A stretch of 64,000 nt of DNA from Anthoceros angustus (taxonomy: Eukaryota; Plantae; Anthocerotophyta): positions 1 through 64,000 of the forward strand of contig MU008150.1 of assembly GCA_010909165.1 (NCBI GenBank). Direction: 5' to 3'. The notes under the pieces were generated by a model. It was not told where the DNA came from and did not search any database. It saw only the letters and a list, made by a program, of their open reading frames with translations. This document shows, piece by piece, positions 11,400 through 20,546 of this stretch; position 1 is the stretch's first letter; each line of letters opens with the position of its first letter. The position numbers and the translations under genes are program-made.

Positions 11400-13392
11400 A
11401 TGAGGACGGTGCAGAGCACGGAGGCTCTCTCACGCTGGTTGGCTGGATTGACGGCCCTCAGGCCCGCCCCGGACGGGATCGCCACAAGTTGCCAAAATTT
11501 GCTGTTCGGCTGCCGAGCTCGGTGATGAAGTAGGTCTTGGCGTGACCCCAGGCCCAAGGAGGGTCGCCGGAAGATTATCTTGCGGTACGACGTCGCGGGC
11601 TTGCTGTTCAAGGCTCATGATCAGCTGGGGGCATCTTGTGGTATCATGGATAGATTTATTGGGCGTTGTTTTCATTTCTTTGCCTACGTTTCAGGCGGTG
11701 CAGGATGAGGAACACCACTAGCTTCATGACAGGCAGCCGGAGGCCATCTGGTGTGCACAGGCGGGCCATCTTTGAGGACCGTGCCAAGCCCGTGTGGGTG
11801 AGCCTGCCGTTTGTGGCAGTGGCTGCTGTAGCCGTCTTCCTTTTCGGCCACTTCGTGAGCTCTCGCAGAGGTGAGAGTGGAGATAGCAACAGACGTCGTT
11901 TTAGGATGGCTTCCTTCCTGTTTTATCCAGCGTACTTTGAGACGGGGGATTGCAGTCAGACGGGGAGTGTCATTGGCTTGGATTCCTAGGATACGCAAGG
12001 GTTGAGGTCACGAACAGCATGGATGCAAGTGGAAAGGCTTCATTGCCCGGAGCTGAATGAATGCTAGCTGTTACACCGCCAAATGATCAAACTTGTTTTG
12101 CAATCATAGGTCGGCAACTAGGGCGGGATACTAGGACGGGGAAGAAGACTGACAGAAGGGATCAGGGTTTGGACTCGGATACTCTCGGGTCTCGGATTGC
12201 CAATCAGCCTCTGAACCTGGCAGACCTCAGAAAGCTGCGCGCAGAGGCTGCGGAGGCGCGTTCGCGGAAAGGCACTGCTGGCAAGAGCGATGCTTCTACT
12301 GCTCAGCCTACGCCTCTTGGCATGGTCCTTGCGGTGACTCGCAAGGTCCGATTCTTGTTTCAATCTAGGTTTGCAAATTCTGCGCAGACGTTCCCAAACA
12401 GGAGGAAGGAGTGAATTCAGCATACGTTGGAGGGAGGCACTGGAGGTGAAGCAAGAATGTGTCTGAACTTTTTCCTGACTTATCCTCTCGCCCGAATCCG
12501 CATCTAGGTTGATAAGCTTGAGGAGGAGGCCGGCAACTTTCTCAAGGAAGCAGGGACCGCAACCGAAGAAAAGCTTGAAAAGCAGAAAGTACTTTTCTTC
12601 TGCCAGGTTTTGATATTCCACTGATGCTTGACATCTTTTTGCACTCATTCTTGATTAGGTTATGAGCTTATCCACTGATCAAGGAATTTTGTGAATTTCC
12701 CATTGCCTGTTAATGGATCATGCTATCAAAGTTTGTCATACAGTTTGTATCCAATCTGTGTATCTCATAATGTTTCAGCTGTGTATTTCATAATGCTTCC
12801 AATTCGTACCTTGCACAGGAACAATTCAGGCTTTTGGAGCTCCTGACGCAAGTGCAACTGGAGATTGATGCCATCAAGGTCAATTTCTGTGAAACGTTGG
12901 CTCTCTTCTGTCTTAGTTAGGATGCACATTGAACTGAGTAAGAGTAAGCTTCGGTATGGCTTTCAGGTGAATGAAACTGTACGCCAAGAGAGGAAGATAC
13001 AGACAACTCGCGTGCAATCTTTGATCTCGGTAAGTAGTAATCAATATATTTATTTTATCTATACTAATTTTTCTTGTCCCAATAACAAGATTCTAGGGTT
13101 TGAGTTTGTGTCTGGTCTTACCAATAGGCTTCCTGCCTTCTAATGTTCGATGTTCAGTTCTTACCTTCTAATATTAGATTTTCAGGCTTCTAGGGTTGGA
13201 ACCTAAAGCTTTCAATGTTCTAATAATAGATTTTCAGACTTTCTAGGATTCGAACCTATATTATGTCTGGATCATTAAGGCTGGTATTTACTTGTGGCTT
13301 GGCAGGCTCTGGAACGCTGCATCCCAGATGTATGTGATTCCACAAAAGCTCTCAATGGTAGCGGTGGTGAAGTCTTAATGACCGCGTCTTGA
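11400..13392 (+). CDS. Seven-exon, ~274-aa protein: transit-peptide-like N-terminus, single transmembrane helix, C-terminal BAG (Hsp70 nucleotide-exchange) domain
   Basis: Exons 11400-11521, 11695-11870, 12110-12345, 12508-12588, 12819-12878, 12967-13029, 13306-13392. All introns are GT-AG and phases are consistent. TM: PVWVSLPFVAVAAVAVFLFGHFV. BAG-like: LGMVLAVTRKVDKLEEEAGNF...RLLELLTQVQLEIDAIKVNETVRQERKIQTTRVQSLISALE. Exon 1 is the least certain. Confidence 0.8.
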
Positions 13393-13566
13393 AGACATAC
13401 TATATTCCATTCGTGTGTTACAGCAATCTTGTACATCGGTCATCAGTCCAGCTCTTCTTGCAATAAAAGGTATCTAACAATGCAGAATACCCTGAATAGA
13501 ATGGGAGGTTTGATTGCACATCCTGAATTGAATGGAAGATTTGACGGCACTCCTTGAGAGAAATAT

Positions 13567-13808
13567 GGCATGCCTTGAACCAAAAGATAGCACACCCTGA
13601 ACTGAAAGATGGCACGCCCTGAATCGAAAGATGGCATGCCCTGAATCGAAAGATGGCACGCCCTGAATCGAAAGGTGGCACGCCCTGAACCGAAAGGTGG
13701 CACGCCCTGAACCGAAAGGTGGCACGCCCTGAACCGAAAGGTGGCACGCCCTGAACCGAAAGATGGGACGCCCTAAACCGAAAGATGGGACGCCTTGAAC
13801 TGAACAGA
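13567..13808. repeat. 22-bp minisatellite, 11 units
   Basis: GGCACGCCCTGAACCGAAAG(G/A)T at 22-bp spacing from 13567 to 13787. Confidence 0.95.
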
Positions 13809-14240
13809 AGACTCGACGACCCTACTTATATAGAATGAAAATTTAATGAATCTTAATAAATAGAACGAAAATTCGATGACCCCTAATAAATAAAATTAAA
13901 ACTCGATGAACCCTATGTGTATACGGAACGCAAGATTCAACAACCTTGTTTGTATAGAACAAAGATTTGATGAACTCTATTTGTATGGCACAGAACCCTA
14001 TATGTATAGAATGGCAGATTCGACAAACCCTACTTGAACTAAGCGGAAGATTTGATGGACTCTATCTATATGGAACGGAAGATTCGACGAGATTCGACAA
14101 ACTCTACTTGAACTAAGCGGAAGATTTGATGGACCCTATTTGTATGGAACGGAAGATTCGACGAACCCCTATCTGTAATCTGTATAGAACCTCCTATCTG
14201 TATAGAAAGGAAGATTTGATGGACCTATCTATATAGGATG
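13809..14240. repeat. Degenerate tandem array (~30-bp motif AGATTCGACGAACCCTATTTGTATAGAACGGA)
   Basis: Recurrent GGAAGATT(C/T)GA(C/T)G and CCCTA..TGTAT motifs, related to single-copy sequence at 6640-6720. Confidence 0.75.
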
Positions 14241-14710
14241 CCCGAACGTGATGGTGCGAATGCATTTGTCTCTCCTTCATGATTAAAACTTGTTGCGAGT
14301 TAAAATTAGAATTGACTATTAAAATTGATTCCTAAAATTAGAACCGACTTCCTAAAATATGGTAAAATAGAAGTGAGTACAAAAGAAGCGAATACTGTCA
14401 TGATCGGATTTACTACCTTCCATCGCTTAGTCTTGAGCCTGAGATTGATTGTCCAAGTGAGCCTCAAAGAATAGCTATCCATTTTTTCTCAAGGTAGCAT
14501 CTTGCACATTTATAGAGATGTAGGTTAAGAAGGCACCCAACCACCTATATTAAATGGGATTTATTATTTTTAATTGATATGTATATCAGAATTACTTTGA
14601 TAAATAGGCTACTTAATTAATTAAATAGTTTATATAGATTATTTTTATTTTTCAATTACAAAAATGCATATCCAAAATACCTTGATACTTGTTCAGACTA
14701 GGGCTGTGAG

Positions 14711-15073
14711 TATGGATAAAGGACTTGCCCGCGTTCATGTTGCTTCCGACCACAGTCACCGTTATGACAAGTACGTATTAAAATAGGTTGGAGAATGGAC
14801 TAGAAGTGAGTACCTAAAAAAATAGGTTGGAGAATCGACTGCAAAATTAAAAGAAATGATTACCTAATAAAGTAGGTTAAAATGGATAAAAGACTTGCCC
14901 GCGTTCCTGACTTCCTGTTGCTTCCGAGTCGGAAGTTCCGACCACAGTCACCGTTATGACAAGTACGTATAAAAATAGGTTGGAGAATGGACTAGAAGTG
15001 AGTACCTAAAAAACAAAATTTAGAGAATCGACTGCAAAATTAAAAGAAATGATTACCTAATAAAGTAGGTTAA
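14711..15073. repeat. Two-copy direct repeat of ~170-190 bp
   Basis: 14711-14880 and 14881-15073 share GGATAAA.GACTTGCCCGCGTTC...CCGACCACAGTCACCGTTATGACAAGTACGTA...GATTACCTAATAAAGTAGGTTAAA. Confidence 0.9.
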
Positions 15074-15425
15074 AGAATTGATGGAAAAATTAGAAGAAAT
15101 GATGACCTAATAAAGTAGGTTAGAGAATGGACTACAAAATTAGAAGAAACAATTACCTAATAAGAAATGAGTACTTAATTAAGTAGCTTAGAGAATGGAT
15201 TGCAAACTTAGAAGAAATGATTACCTTATAAATTAGGTAAGAGAATGGACTGCAAAATTAGAAGAAACTATTATCTAATAAGAAATGAGTACCTAATTAA
15301 GTAGGTTAGAGAATGGACTGCAAAATTAGAAGAAACTATTACCTAATAAGAAATGAGTACCTAATTAAGTAGGTTAGAGAATGGACTGCAAAATTAGAAG
15401 AAATAACTACCTAATAAAGTAGGTC
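15074..15425. repeat. AT-rich tandem array, units up to 68 bp
   Basis: GAGAATGGACTGCAAAATTAGAAGAAAC... recurs at 15241, 15309 and 15377 (68-bp period), with variant units upstream. Confidence 0.9.
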
Positions 15426-15673
15426 AAAAAGTCTGTATAAAATGCAAACCAAAGCCTTACATATAATCTATGCAAACCAAAGCTTAAGAACTTCCATTTT
15501 ATTTCATAAAGGACTTGATCTTTATTTTCAAAAGTTTTTATTTCGCTCCTTTATGAAGGGAGTAACTTTTTTTCATAAAATTTTTTATTTTACTTCATAA
15601 AGGGTCTAGGTGCGGAACCTCTATTTGACAGCGAGACCAAATTAATACTTATCAAAATACAATATAATTGTAA

Positions 15674-17173
15674 ATGGGGGTCATTGCGCCTATTTCCATT
15701 GCGGGCCCCTCAGAGGAGGACATAAAACAAACAAAGGAACTGGAAAGGTATTTGGTCTCCGCGGGAGTATATGAGAGTGTAGAGGAAGCTATTAGGAGGG
15801 AGGAGGTATTGGGACAACTAGATTTTATAGTGAAGCTTTGGGTGAAGGATATCGCTAGACATAATGGCTTTAATGAGGAGGTGATAGGATATGCCAATGC
15901 AACAATGTTGAGCTTTGGTTCGTATCGTCTTGGAGTGCATGGACCTAGAGATGATATTGACATCCTATGTGTGGGCCCCTCTTTTGTTACACACAACGAT
16001 TTTTTTAGTCACTTGGTTCACATGTTAAGTAAGCTGGACGAAGTGACCGATCTCAACCCCATCCCGAACGCATTTGTACCTATTATAAGCTTAAAGTTCA
16101 ACAACGTTTCTATTGACCTTCTATATGCCAGGCTTCAGAAATGTATCGTGCCTGAAGACTTGGATGTATGTAAAGAATCTATATTGAGAGACATGGACGA
16201 GGTGAGCAGAAGAAGTCTCAATGGATGTCGAGTGACAGATTCAATCTTCAAATATATTTCAAATATCCAAAACTACCGCACAACTCTCCGCTGCATAAAG
16301 TTGTGGGCGAGGAGGCGTGGAGTGTATTCTAATAAGATAGGGTTTTTGGGAGGGGTGAATTGCGCGCTGCTAGTGGCCCATATATGCCAGCTTTATCCCA
16401 ATGCTTTGCCCAATAAACTAATTGCTCGATTTTTCTTTTGCCTCTCTCAATGGAAATGGCCAAGTCCTATTATGCTCTGCCCTAATGAGCAGAGCGCACT
16501 AGGTCTTCATGTATGGGATGCACGGAAGAACCATATGGATAGAGCTGACGTGATGCCCATCATCACTCCGTCTTACCCTTACATGAATTCTAGCCGTTCT
16601 GTTTCAACAAGTACTTTACGTATTATGACTAAAGAATTCAAACGCGGCAATGAAATTTGTGGGGGCCTTGACATGACCATACCCCCGGACTGGGAGAAAT
16701 TGTTTGAGCCTTTCGCGTTCTTTCAAGCTTACAAACAATACCTACAAATTGACATATCAACAAAGGACGCAAACGATTTGAAACCATGGAAAGGATGGGT
16801 CGAGTCTCGATTGAGACAGCTTATTCTGAACCTTGAGAGGTCTTCATGTGGAGAACTTCAATGTCATCCGTATGCCCATACACTCGTGGATGAATCAAAG
16901 AAAGGGAAGCACTCATCATTTTTTATAGGTCTCTGGTTGAGAGAGGGTATTTTGAAGAAAGGAAATTGCTTCAATATATCAACAATTATTGATGAATTCA
17001 AGCAAATAGTTACCAATAAGTACTTGATGTGGAAGGACGGCATGCATATTGCCGTGTCTCATGTTAAGACCAAACATCTTCCTAGCTATGTATTTCCGGA
17101 GGGAGTTCGATTGCCTAGTTCTCATGTTAAGACCAAACATCTTCCTAGCTATGTATTTCCGGAGGGAGTTTGA
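15674..17173 (+). CDS. PAPS: Intronless poly(A) polymerase, copy 2; 499 aa; catalytic, central and RNA-binding domains present, C-terminal tail lost
   Basis: Uninterrupted ORF. The catalytic triad context is intact (FGSYRLGVHGPRDDID; SIDLLYA). The stop lies in the second copy of a 63-bp duplication. Confidence 0.9.
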   Translation: MGVIAPISIAGPSEEDIKQTKELERYLVSAGVYESVEEAIRREEVLGQLDFIVKLWVKDIARHNGFNEEVIGYANATMLSFGSYRLGVHGPRDDIDILCVGPSFVTHNDFFSHLVHMLSKLDEVTDLNPIPNAFVPIISLKFNNVSIDLLYARLQKCIVPEDLDVCKESILRDMDEVSRRSLNGCRVTDSIFKYISNIQNYRTTLRCIKLWARRRGVYSNKIGFLGGVNCALLVAHICQLYPNALPNKLIARFFFCLSQWKWPSPIMLCPNEQSALGLHVWDARKNHMDRADVMPIITPSYPYMNSSRSVSTSTLRIMTKEFKRGNEICGGLDMTIPPDWEKLFEPFAFFQAYKQYLQIDISTKDANDLKPWKGWVESRLRQLILNLERSSCGELQCHPYAHTLVDESKKGKHSSFFIGLWLREGILKKGNCFNISTIIDEFKQIVTNKYLMWKDGMHIAVSHVKTKHLPSYVFPEGVRLPSSHVKTKHLPSYVFPEGV

Positions 17174-17182
17174 TTGCCTAGT
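17057..17182 (+). repeat. 63-bp in-frame tandem duplication at the 3' end of PAP copy 2
   Basis: TCTCATGTTAAGACC...GGAGTT(C/T)GATTGCCTAGT starts at 17057 and 17120. CGA in copy 1 is TGA in copy 2. Confidence 0.95.
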
Positions 17183-17449
17183 TCTCCGAGGTCGTAAGAG
17201 AGTAGCAGAAGATCTTGAAAGTAAACAGGCTAAGAAGAATTGTAGTGCCGCGGTGTTCAACACGGATAGCCAGATGGATGTAAATAGCTACATTTATAAA
17301 AGAAGTTTGTTTTATTATGGTGAATATTTATATTCCATACATGACATTTGTAGGCTATTCTCACTTTTTTAAATGATATTATTCAATTAAATTTAATATG
17401 ATATAAGGTATCAAAAATAGTTTTATTTTGTGTTTGTTTTGAATTTTAT

Positions 17450-17720
17450 AGACTAGTTTTGTAATGGCACATTAGGGCAGAGACCGAGCTGGTTGTGGTG
17501 CTTGGCCGCCGTCCAATTGGGGCACGGAAGTCTTTGTCGGGACCGGCTAAGTTAGTTCCAGGTAACCTACCCGCGTGTAAGCCAGGTACATATTCCGGGC
17601 CCAAAGTTCGGGATCCATGGAGTCTGAATTCAGCTTGTCCACAGGATCCTGGCATGAGCAGGGCGCAGAGCACGGACTCTCTCTCCCAGTGGTTGGCTGG
17701 ATTGACGGCCCTCCGCCCGG
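17450..17720 (+). pseudogene. Remnant of upstream region and exon 1 of the BAG-domain gene
   Basis: DPGMSRAQSTDSLSQWLAGLTALRP (17645-17719) vs DPSMRTVQSTEALSRWLAGLTALRP (11391-11465). Homology ends abruptly at ~17720. Confidence 0.75.
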
Positions 17721-18042
17721 GGATCGGATCACCGCATCCTGTTTCGGGTTTGAAAAGAGCGAGAGCGGGAGCCGGAGTGGCGTAGCATTCGCCGGGGCGG
17801 AGGGGGTTTCGCCACCCGCGACTCGCGCTGATCTCTGAACGCTCTGCTCTGCTCTGCTGCGCCCAGCTCCCTGGGCCTCTCTCTGCCTCGCTGCAAGCTC
17901 TGGCAGCCAGCCCAGATGAGAGAGGCTTCGCCCCCTCGAGCGCGATTGTCCCTAACGCGTTGCCTGCGCACCGCGGCTCACCTCTCCTCCCATTTCCGCT
18001 GCTCATCGCCGGACGGGCCCTTCCACAGCGGCAAGCAGAGAC

Positions 18043-18410
18043 ATGGTAGAAACCGATTGTGCTGCTGCGTGATCCGATTCTTCGGCTTCATTCTCTGCTT
18101 GCTTCGTGCTCGGAATTCGCCTGGTTTGCAGTCAGTATGGAAGTGGCATTCGGAATTGGTGCTGCTGCGGGGGAATTCGTGGCAATTGCTCGTTTGGTGC
18201 TCAATTGTGGTGGCTGTACATGTGCAATGGTAGAAACCGATTGTGCTGCTGCGTGATCCGATTCTTCGGCTTCATTCTCTGCTTGCTTCGTGCTCGGAAT
18301 TCGCCTGGTTTGCAGTCAGTATGGAAGTGGCATTCGGAATTGGTGCTGCTGCGGGGGAATTCGTGGCAATTGCTCGTTTGGTGCTCAATTGTGGTGGCTG
18401 TACATGTGCA
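18043..18410 (+). repeat. Perfect 184-bp tandem duplication covering the PLATZ ATG and intron 1
   Basis: 18043-18226 and 18227-18410 read identical. Confidence 0.95.
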
Positions 18411-19643
18411 GGTGGGATATGCTATCACTGTAATGCCTCAAAGGCCAGACTGGTTGGAGGCGCTGCTGACGGAGAAGTTCTTCAGTCCCTGCCTCAAGCA
18501 CGCCGCTGCTAAGAAGAATGAGAGGAATATTTTCTGTCTGGATTGTAATGACAGCATCTGCCCGCATTGCCTCTGTGCGCATCGGACGCACCGTCTCCTC
18601 CAGGTAGGGAGTTAGTCAGTCTTCTCCGTTCCGGCAAACTCGTGCTCATGGCAAATTCTGCGTTTTTTGCTTTGCCAGCTTGCTTGCCGCTGTTAGATCT
18701 GGGAAACGTGTCAATTGCTCAGAATTCAGATCCGGGATTTGGTAGCCGGTTTAGCTGACTGCCATGGCTTCCGAGCTTCTTGACTCAAATTTCGGAGTCT
18801 GCTTTCAGATCCGGAGATACGTTTATCATGATGTAATTCGACTCCAAGACATCCAGAAATTGGTTGACTGCGCGTTAGTGCAGGTATGAAGTCGGGAAGC
18901 TCGCGTCAGACCTTCTCGGATCTCCAATCTATGAACTCAGGCTCTGTTTCAGAGAGTGAGAGGGAGCTCACGATGCAAGATTTAGTGGCTGATTCCTCGG
19001 ATTCTCTCTGTGCTTGCAGACTTATATCATTAACAGCGCGCGAGTGGTGTTCCTAAACCAGAGGCCTCAGCCCCGACCTGCCAAAGGACAGGGCAATGCG
19101 TGTGAAACGTGCGATAGGAGTCTGCAAGACGCCTACCGCTACTGCTCCGTGGCCTGCAAGGTAATCGCAATGGCGGAGTCTTATGCTTGCTCCACTTCAC
19201 AGAGCGCAGCGTGAATTGAGGTCAAATCCTGAAATTAGATGAAATGTGCTCTGTGAACTGTGTTTCAGGTAGATGCCGCGATCAACCAAGGGTTGGAATT
19301 GGCGGGGTTGCTGCCTAGCTGCAACAGTCTGCCCTTTACAGACTTCTGTCCGTGCTCGCCGCCGGACGGCGATAAGACGGGCAAGGTGGAAATTGAAGAG
19401 GATTCGTCTCCCAATTCGGTGTTGGACAAGCCGCAATCGGAAACCTCGTCGGCTTCTACTGACCAGGATGACAGCGTAGGTTGCGGCACTGTGACGTCCA
19501 CCGCTACCCCAGTGCCTCCACTGAAGAAGAGAACAAGTAGTGAGCCCTTGAAAGCCGCTGCTCCTGCCTCTCCCAAGGATGTCATTTTTCTGCCCTCCGT
19601 CAACAGAAGGAAGGGCACACCTCACCGATCACCTAGTTACTAA
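18043..19643 (+). CDS. PLATZ: PLATZ zinc-dependent transcription factor
   Basis: Exons 18043-18045 (ATG only), 18412-18603, 18809-18883, 19020-19160, 19269-19643. Motifs: WLEALLTEKFFSPCLKH...FCLDC...CPHC...HRTH, IRRYVYHDVIRL, TYIINSARVVFL, CETCDRSL...CSVACK. Confidence 0.93.
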
Positions 19644-20546
19644 CCGTTCCCTGGCTTGCTGCGTCCTAAGGAAGTAGCTTGGCCTGATGCAGGGTATTAT
19701 AGGCTTGTCCTCCAAAACAAGATGGAAGCCCGTTCCTTAGTATCCCTACCTGCTGCCTCTGTGAGTACTTTTTCTGCTGCTTTGACCTCTTGTCGCAGTC
19801 CTTTCAGGTTGCATCGTCTTCCTGATGGAGCATTCCTTCTGATTCACTGCCCTTCGTAGCATCTGATGCTTGTCCTTCCTTTTTTACATTCTTGCTTCCA
19901 ACTACTGCTCCTCCTGCGTGGGCGCAAGGGTTGCATTTTTCAGCAGACAGTTACCAGAGAGGGTGAGTCTGGCAGGTCTTAACTTAACAAGTACGATCTA
20001 ATTTCAGAGTTCTTAGGGTTGCGATTCATGGATACCTATGTACAAGTAGCAAGGCTGCAGGAGATCTAATTTTATTCATTTGGTTCGTTTGTGGGAGAGA
20101 TCACATGCATTGGTATCTTGCTTTTCCGCACCATGTGGGCATAAAGATGCTTTCTCTGACGCGTCAGCCTGGAGCAATCGAGCAATTTCCGCCTGCTCAC
20201 GAGGCCCTGTGTGTAGGCTGCCTTATCCGATTCGTCCCACGCGCTTTATTTTGCATCTCCGGGGCAATTAGTAATTCCGCTTTAACGTGGCAGTGTGCAG
20301 GCGTCTGAACGAGATATCTTTGCCAGGAAAGCTGTGGTACACTTAAGAGACTGGTGTGGCCTGTGGAAAAAGACGCAATGGGTATCGGCTCCGGCCAATG
20401 GATGATTGTACTTTATGGAAACGATCACGTCTGACAGCCTTTGTCCAAGGGAACTTTCTCATCCAGCTATAACGGCCGTGCACTCAGCATGAGATTCAGG
20501 CACCTGAAATAACGTTGCTGGAAGACCTTTCTTTACAATATGTACA

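Noticed and set aside
12118-12648. 176-aa minus-strand ORF
   Set aside because: Antisense shadow of BAG exons 3-4; the splice signals support the plus strand.
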